Source of the DNA: Naegleria gruberi
Lineage: Eukaryota
DNA: 4,507 nt
Strand: one strand, 5' to 3'
NCBI GenBank assembly: GCA_000004985.1
Contig: GG739181.1
The translations under genes were made by a program, and so were the position numbers. Numbering within the stretch: position 1 is the first letter of the stretch; the number at the start of each line of letters is the position of its first letter. Shown in pieces: positions 1 to 4,507 of this stretch. A model generated the notes under the pieces. The model was not told the origin of the DNA and did not search any database. It was given only the letters and a program-made list of their open reading frames with translations.

Positions 1-1
1 A

Positions 2-843
2 TTGAATGAAGTTCAAGAACCAAAGGTTGCTGATTTCCGTAAACATTTGCAAAAGACTTGGTCAACCAGAGCTGAAGAAGTTATGTGTAAATTAGGTTCA
101 ATCCTTTCTGCAGGTATTTTAGATGCTGGTGGTAGAAATGCTACAATTTGTTTGCACAGACATGGTAATAACAAGATGAGAAATATTGTTGGTCTTGCTC
201 TCTTTACTCAATATTGGTTCTGGTATCCATATTTACATTTCTTGTCACTTTCTCTTGAACCAACTTCAATTATTGGTTTGAATACTGATTTGAAGATGCC
301 ATCCCAATTCACTTTCAAGAGTAATCAAAAACCATCCATGTTTGCCTATCCACCTCCACTCAAGACTGAAGAAGAAAGAAGGAAGTTACTGTTGGTCCTG
401 TTGCTGAATTGTCTCTCTCTGCTAAGGCCAGAGTTAGAGAAGAAAGAAAGAGAAGAAGACCAGAAGGTAGTGCTACTCCTCTCCTCACTCCTCTTACTTC
501 AACTCCAACACCACAAGTTGATCCAAAGCAACTACCATCACAACCTTCACAAACAGATAAGGATACAAAGAAACAAAAGAAGAAGAAGGAACCAACTTCT
601 GAATCTCTTACAAATCCTGCTCGTGTAACACCTTCACAACTTAACTTTATTTCATTCGATACAACCAGTAGATATGTTCCTATCAAATTATCTTCTTCAT
701 CTGGTATCAATTTGGGTATTAACGTGCTCAGTGATACAAAACCAGGTGAAGATGCTGATATTTTAACACCTCAAGCTGGTCAAAAATCAGAAGAAAAGGA
801 AGAAAATGAACCACAACCACCAGCAAGCTTTGAATGGAATTAA
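2..843 (+). CDS. RPN2: 26S proteasome regulatory subunit RPN2/PSMD1, C-terminal portion. The 5' end lies outside the window. The reading frame changes from frame 2 to frame 1 near 370-385, and the gene stops at TAA 841-843.
   Basis: Frame 2 (2..~380) translates to ...GSILSAGILDAGGRNATICLHRHGNNKMRNIVGLALFTQYWFWYPYLHFLSLSLEPTSIIGLNTDLKMPSQFTFKSNQKPSMFAYPPPL. I recall this as closely matching the conserved C-terminal block of human PSMD1 and yeast Rpn2 (FTQFWFWFPLSHFLSLA...IGLNKDLKMP...KPSTFAYPAPL). Frame 1 (from ~385) continues with a KEKE-like Lys/Glu-rich segment, then NPARVTPSQL...RYVPIK...FEWN*, which matches the PSMD1 tail (NPARVMPAQLK...CRYQPFK...FEYIDD). The two ORF-track entries 2..628 and 409..843 belong to one gene, and their TTG 'starts' are artefacts of ORF calling. 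Confidence 0.85.
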
Positions 844-890
844 ATCCAATTGTACAAAAATAAAGTCTTAAACTTGATTGTATTGGTTTA
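844..890. terminator. 47-bp convergent intergenic spacer containing the 3' end-formation region for both RPN2 (+) and the GTPase gene (-).
   Basis: TAA 841-843 ends the + gene and TAA (revcomp 891-893) ends the - gene. An AATAAA lies at 859-864 on the + strand. T/A-rich efficiency-element-like sequence (tttattttt) is present on the - strand. Confidence 0.4.
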
Positions 891-1961
891 TTATTGTTTT
901 TCTACAATGAATTCATGATCCTCATGTTCTAGTAACTGTTGCATATCTGAAATCTCTTCTAATGAATTCTTAGTGGTTATTTTGATATTGTCATAATCAA
1001 ATTCATTCTTCAGCTCTTCTACAAGTTCTCTGAATTGCAAATTCTTTAATTTATCCCAAGAGAAGCAAAAGGAGGAATTCTTTCCCTTTCTTCTGAATTC
1101 AATGCTAACTTTAAGGGCATCATACTTCTTCAAACTATTCCATTCTTGTTCAACCTCTGCAACTGTTCGTTTTGCTGTTGTCTTTAAATCTTCCCAAATT
1201 ACATCTCTTATTTCTGACATCATGTTTACACCCCAAGGTTTCAATTGGTGGATATTATTTATAGCTGGGTCAACTGAGGTCAAAATTACTCTTGAAATAT
1301 CTACACCAAGTTTGAGGGAACATTCCCTTCTTGTGTCATCAAAATGGTCTTTTGTCATATTCATGTTTGGCTTATATAACGCATCTGCCTTGTTCATTAA
1401 AACAATGAATCTGTGATCATTACTTTGTTTGATAACATTGATATGTTCTTTGCATTCTTCTTTATCACATTTGGAAAGGGCATCGTATACAACAACAATA
1501 TAGTCCAATAAAAAACGAGAAGTAATAAATTGAACTTTGTGGAGATGATCCTGACTTTCATAGTGTGGGAAGTCCCAAACAGCAAAATTGGATGAGTTAC
1601 TTGTTAGTGGGTATGCTTGAATTTCAGTTGTAGCTATTATACTTGAGGCGTTAGCATTTCTATGAAGGAACTTTTCGACAAATGTTGATTTTCCACATTT
1701 CTTCATTCCAACAACTCCAACGTAGAAGTTTTTCATCAATTCTTGTCTGATTTGATAGTTAATACACGCAGATTTCAACACTCTCAATACTTTCTTCCTT
1801 TCGGAGACACTGACCCAACCAATGGTAGACCCCTTTCCGAAAACTTCTGACCAGTGGTCAAGAATGTAAGCATTATCATCATACTTCAATAAATTGGTGC
1901 GAGTCCAATCAAAAATCAATTTTTCCAAAGTGATACAAAGTAGGTATACTGTGTGAATAGA
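891..1961 (-). CDS. P-loop GTPase domain protein (TRAFAC-class G domain followed by a predicted helical C-terminal region). The 5' end is unresolved: it is either an exon 2 or a segment fused to the upstream lipase ORF. Stop is TAA at 891-893.
   Basis: The ORF track gives 891..1928, but the 'M' at 1926-1928 is a TTG. The same frame stays open up to 1961, and TAG 1962-1964 bounds it. G1/Walker A is GVVGMKKCGKST (1683-1718). A switch-I Thr candidate lies in ATTEIQ. The G3 position reads FAVWDFPH (D at 1572-1574), so the Gly of DxxG is replaced. A beta4-like YIVVVYDA follows, and G4 is LMNKAD (1383-1394). The protein-like sequence MEKLIFDW...SERKKVLRVLKSACINYQIRQELMKNF lies upstream of the first in-frame ATG, so translation cannot begin at an ATG within this frame. 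Confidence 0.7.
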   Translation of the reverse strand, partial: SIHTVYLLCITLEKLIFDWTRTNLLKYDDNAYILDHWSEVFGKGSTIGWVSVSERKKVLRVLKSACINYQIRQELMKNFYVGVVGMKKCGKSTFVEKFLHRNANASSIIATTEIQAYPLTSNSSNFAVWDFPHYESQDHLHKVQFITSRFLLDYIVVVYDALSKCDKEECKEHINVIKQSNDHRFIVLMNKADALYKPNMNMTKDHFDDTRRECSLKLGVDISRVILTSVDPAINNIHQLKPWGVNMMSEIRDVIWEDLKTTAKRTVAEVEQEWNSLKKYDALKVSIEFRRKGKNSSFCFSWDKLKNLQFRELVEELKNEFDYDNIKITTKNSLEEISDMQQLLEHEDHEFIVEKQ

Positions 1962-1984
1962 CTATATAAAAGCTGTCCATGAAT

Positions 1985-2674
1985 NNNNNNNNNNNNNNNN
2001 NNNNNNNNNNNNNNNNNNNNNNNNNNNNNNNNNNNNNNNNNNNNNNNNNNNNNNNNNNNNNNNNNNNNNNNNNNNNNNNNNNNNNNNNNNNNNNNNNNNN
2101 NNNNNNNNNNNNNNNNNNNNNNNNNNNNNNNNNNNNNNNNNNNNNNNNNNNNNNNNNNNNNNNNNNNNNNNNNNNNNNNNNNNNNNNNNNNNNNNNNNNN
2201 NNNNNNNNNNNNNNNNNNNNNNNNNNNNNNNNNNNNNNNNNNNNNNNNNNNNNNNNNNNNNNNNNNNNNNNNNNNNNNNNNNNNNNNNNNNNNNNNNNNN
2301 NNNNNNNNNNNNNNNNNNNNNNNNNNNNNNNNNNNNNNNNNNNNNNNNNNNNNNNNNNNNNNNNNNNNNNNNNNNNNNNNNNNNNNNNNNNNNNNNNNNN
2401 NNNNNNNNNNNNNNNNNNNNNNNNNNNNNNNNNNNNNNNNNNNNNNNNNNNNNNNNNNNNNNNNNNNNNNNNNNNNNNNNNNNNNNNNNNNNNNNNNNNN
2501 NNNNNNNNNNNNNNNNNNNNNNNNNNNNNNNNNNNNNNNNNNNNNNNNNNNNNNNNNNNNNNNNNNNNNNNNNNNNNNNNNNNNNNNNNNNNNNNNNNNN
2601 NNNNNNNNNNNNNNNNNNNNNNNNNNNNNNNNNNNNNNNNNNNNNNNNNNNNNNNNNNNNNNNNNNNNNNNNNN
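1985..2674. other. Assembly gap (690 N).
   Basis: Uninterrupted run of n from 1985 to 2674. The X-runs in ORF-track entries 1916..3610 and 1979..2884 arise only from translating these N. Confidence 0.99.
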
Positions 2675-3610
2675 TTCCTCTTGATGTTCAGTAACTATTT
2701 GCTTATTGTTAGAATAGGAAATGTGAATGTGATTACCAAAAGGAGAAAACTGTGGTGCATATTTGTGAATTACCTTGGCAATTACTTTAGAAAACCACTG
2801 GAAAACAGATATACCAGAATTAATTATTTCTGCTCTATGAACCCTTCCTGTAATACTGGAGATTGCCGACACAACAGTTTTTAGAAAGTTTGACACTTGG
2901 TCAATCAGATCTGATTCAGCAGAAAGACTGATAATTTCACTAACAATACTAATAGATCTTGGAACACAATCTTTTTCGTTGATATAAAAATGGAAATAGT
3001 TCGACTGTTCATCTTTTAGAATTCTTTCTTTGAACTTAACATCAGCCAGCAAGGGAACTCCAAAACCAATGAATTGAATTGGTGGTTTCTTGATGGCCTT
3101 TGCTTCAGTAGCTTGCATCAATCGCGTTGCAAGGATGGCCCCAACTGCTCCACCCATGCTGTGTCCAGTAATAACAACTTGATAACCTTCGTTAATCTTT
3201 TCTAAAAAGTAATCAAGTGGAATGAATTTGGCTCTTTCCAAGAAGCCACTATGTAAAACGCCATATCCATAGTAATTCATGGCAGGGATCAACTTTACAT
3301 CTGTCAAAATATCAGACTTGGAGTAGGAACCTCTAATTGCTACAACAATTCTTTTACGATTTTCATCAGAACAATCAGCCACAACATATCTTGTTTCAAG
3401 TGTTGCCTTTGCGTCCATATCATTAGTAATACTACTACATAGTTTCTTGATACCATGCTCAAATTGGGAATACTCCTTGTTTAATGTGTACAATGGATCA
3501 GGCATGTACGAAATTTCACAAGCAATGGCACAAGTCAACAACAGTTGACAGTATGACTTTGCGTCTGAATAGACCTTGTTATCTTCAGATAATACAGATT
3601 CAAGAACCAT
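2675..3610 (-). CDS. Class 3 (fungal/Rhizomucor-type) lipase domain protein, N-terminal 312 codons. ATG is at 3608-3610 and the 3' end is lost in the gap. No N-terminal signal peptide is apparent.
   Basis: Lipase_3 hallmarks appear in order: RIVVAIRGS (the 'IVVAFRGT'-like block), VLHSGF (VHxGF), the nucleophile elbow VVITGHSMGGAVGAILA (Ser151 codon 3158-3160), FGFGVPLLAD (FGxPRvGN-like), KDCVPR (the RDxVPR Asp at 2969-2971), and GNHIHISY (catalytic His ~2723-2725). An in-frame stop (revcomp 3626-3628) sits immediately upstream of the ATG. An A-rich -1..-8 context (aaaaaaaaccaaATG) precedes the start. Confidence 0.85.
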
Positions 3611-3973
3611 TTGGTTTTTTTTGACTTAGGAAACGAGAGCAAGAAATTAAATTGACATTGACATTCTTCAAACATTACAACGAATTTTGTGATTTTGCTT
3701 GCTATTTTTGAAAATTAAGAACTGATTTGAACTAAAAATCAATTTGATTGTTTTTTTATTGTGTGCCATCAAGGTTGTCCCTAGCTAAAAGCGATTTCCT
3801 AGCATTTACAGTTTAATCAGCTTGATGAAAAATGTGGATTCAATCCAAAAGAAAAAACTGTAAATACTTGATCATATTAATTCTGTCCAAAATCCTAATC
3901 AACATCACATTTTGAAAATCCAAGGCACACAGAATGACAAAAAAGCAAAATCACGTTTCACATATTTAAAAAA
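3611..3973. promoter_or_regulatory. Divergent intergenic promoter region shared by the lipase gene (-) and the TLDc gene (+).
   Basis: This 363-bp non-coding, AT-rich interval lies between two divergently oriented start codons (3610 and 3974). It has A-rich tracts next to both ATGs, a T-run at 3744-3757, and a slightly GC-richer core at ~3761-3800. Confidence 0.5.
3651..3665. repeat. Short tandem repeat (ATTGAC) x2.5, 41-55 nt upstream of the lipase ATG.
   Basis: Direct reading: attgacattgacatt at 3651-3665. It could be a duplicated factor-binding site or simply chance. Confidence 0.5.
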
Positions 3974-4507
3974 ATGTCTTTACCATTCCATGACATTTCA
4001 TTCTCCTTTGATTGTGAAAGTGTACACAATTCCGAGACTCATGGCCATATGAATCTGTACACTCTCCTAAAAACAAGTAAATTCGATACAAATCAATCAA
4101 ATTCTCTACAGGGATGGTGTTCTCCTATTCAACAACAAGAATTATTGCACCTCATCAGGAGTAAATTGGGATTTACTCGTAATTGTTACTTATCTTTGGT
4201 TTTTTCATGTGATGAGAATAGACCATTCGATTATTCATACTTCCACAATGTTCAAGCCAAATACAATCAACCAAATCTGATATTATTCGAAACAAATAGT
4301 GGTTCAATATTTGGAGGATTTACCAGTAAAGCTTGGGTAAGACAACGATCAGACGTGGAGAATGTTAGAGATGAGCATGCCTTTTTATTTTCCATCAACT
4401 TGAATCTTAACAGTGATTCTCCAATACAGAGCATCACCAATGAATCATGTGAAAAATCCAACTTGCACATTTATGGATTGGCTCATTTCCAACAAAAAGT
4501 TGCCATT
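3974..4507 (+). CDS. TLDc-domain protein (Oxr1/NCOA7/Rtc5-like). Start ATG is at 3974 and the 3' end lies beyond the window.
   Basis: Frame 2 is open from the stop TGA 3935-3937 to the window end. It translates to MSLPFHDISFSFDCESVHNSETHGHMNLYTLLKTSKFDTNQSNSLQGWCSPIQQQELLHLIRSKLGFTRNCYLSLVFSCDENRPFDYSYFHNVQAKYNQPNLILFETNSGSIFGGFTSKAWVRQRSDVENVRDEHAFLFSINLN.... This fits the TLDc pattern (W..LLYS..rDG.S...FH..c.....PtLllI....g.vFGGf.S..W.........FLFsL). The start context aaaaaaATGTCT matches the yeast high-expression consensus. The ORF track does not list this ORF because it has no stop within the window. Confidence 0.65.
   Translation, partial: MSLPFHDISFSFDCESVHNSETHGHMNLYTLLKTSKFDTNQSNSLQGWCSPIQQQELLHLIRSKLGFTRNCYLSLVFSCDENRPFDYSYFHNVQAKYNQPNLILFETNSGSIFGGFTSKAWVRQRSDVENVRDEHAFLFSINLNLNSDSPIQSITNESCEKSNLHIYGLAHFQQKVAI

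Noticed and set aside
361-411. Programmed ribosomal frameshift in RPN2.
   Set aside because: The frame change is -1, but there is no slippery heptamer and no obvious downstream pseudoknot. Known yeast +1 sites (CUU-AGG-C type) do not fit the direction of the shift. A sequencing indel in the AG-rich run is the more economical explanation.
360-710. 116-aa ORF on the - strand.
   Set aside because: It lies antisense to the well-conserved RPN2 coding sequence and to its low-complexity KEKE-encoding region. It has no recognisable protein features, so it is a shadow ORF.
409-843. 144-aa ORF called as a separate gene with an 'M' start.
   Set aside because: The start is TTG, not ATG. The translation is the continuation of the RPN2/PSMD1 C-terminus (NPARV...FEWN). 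It is not an independent gene.
1102-1585. Two small ORFs (1102..1416 + and 1397..1585 -) inside the GTPase region.
   Set aside because: They are embedded in or antisense to a CDS with clear G-domain motifs. Their translations are low-complexity and hydrophobic with no motifs. They are byproducts of AT-rich coding sequence.
1979-2884. 301-aa + strand ORF beginning MN followed by X-run.
   Set aside because: It exists only because N translates to X across the assembly gap. The real-sequence portion (2675-2884) is antisense to the lipase CDS.
3760-3860. Possible tRNA or C/D snoRNA in the slightly GC-richer core of the intergenic region (hairpin TGGAT-TCA-ATCCA at ~3836-3848, and a TGATGA at 3822-3827).
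   Set aside because: I find no A-box or B-box (GGTTCGANTCC) and no acceptor-stem pairing. The TGATGA has no correctly placed CTGA D box or terminal stem. The hairpin has only a 3-nt loop. These are most likely chance matches in AT-rich DNA.
4267-4470. 67-aa ORF on the - strand.
   Set aside because: It is antisense to the TLDc coding frame, which has a much longer open frame and a conserved domain pattern.
1-4507. Prokaryotic features (operons, RBS, CRISPR, defence islands).
   Set aside because: The gene content (PSMD1/RPN2, TLDc), the yeast-type start contexts, the AATAAA-like 3' signal and the codon usage all indicate a eukaryotic nuclear locus. No direct-repeat/spacer arrays are present.

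Overview
This window looks like a compact, AT-rich eukaryotic nuclear locus. Codon usage (TTG/TTA Leu, AGA Arg, GGT, CCA, GCT, TCT, AAG) and an AAAAAAATGTCT start context are yeast-like, and a 690-nt run of N at 1985-2674 marks it as a draft assembly. I can support four protein-coding regions. (1) 2-843 (+) is the 3' portion of the 26S proteasome regulatory subunit RPN2/PSMD1, ending in its lysine/glutamate-rich tail, with an apparent -1 frame break in an AG-rich run near 370-385. (2) 891-1961 (-) is a P-loop GTPase domain with a G1 motif (GMKKCGKST), an NKAD G4 motif and a degenerate G3 motif (WDFPH). It has no ATG upstream of G1, so its true 5' end is unresolved. (3) 2675-3610 (-) is a class-3 (fungal-type) lipase domain with an intact Ser-Asp-His triad (GHSMG, KDCVPR, HISY), reading open into the gap. 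(4) 3974-4507 (+) is a TLDc-domain protein that runs off the window. The region 3611-3973 between (3) and (4) is a divergent promoter containing a short ATTGAC tandem repeat and a small palindrome. The lipase and GTPase share a strand and are separated only by the gap, with frames that nearly join at its edge. They may be one two-domain lipase-GTPase gene, which would be an unusual architecture, but the gap prevents confirmation. I see no prokaryotic, CRISPR, rRNA or tRNA signals.
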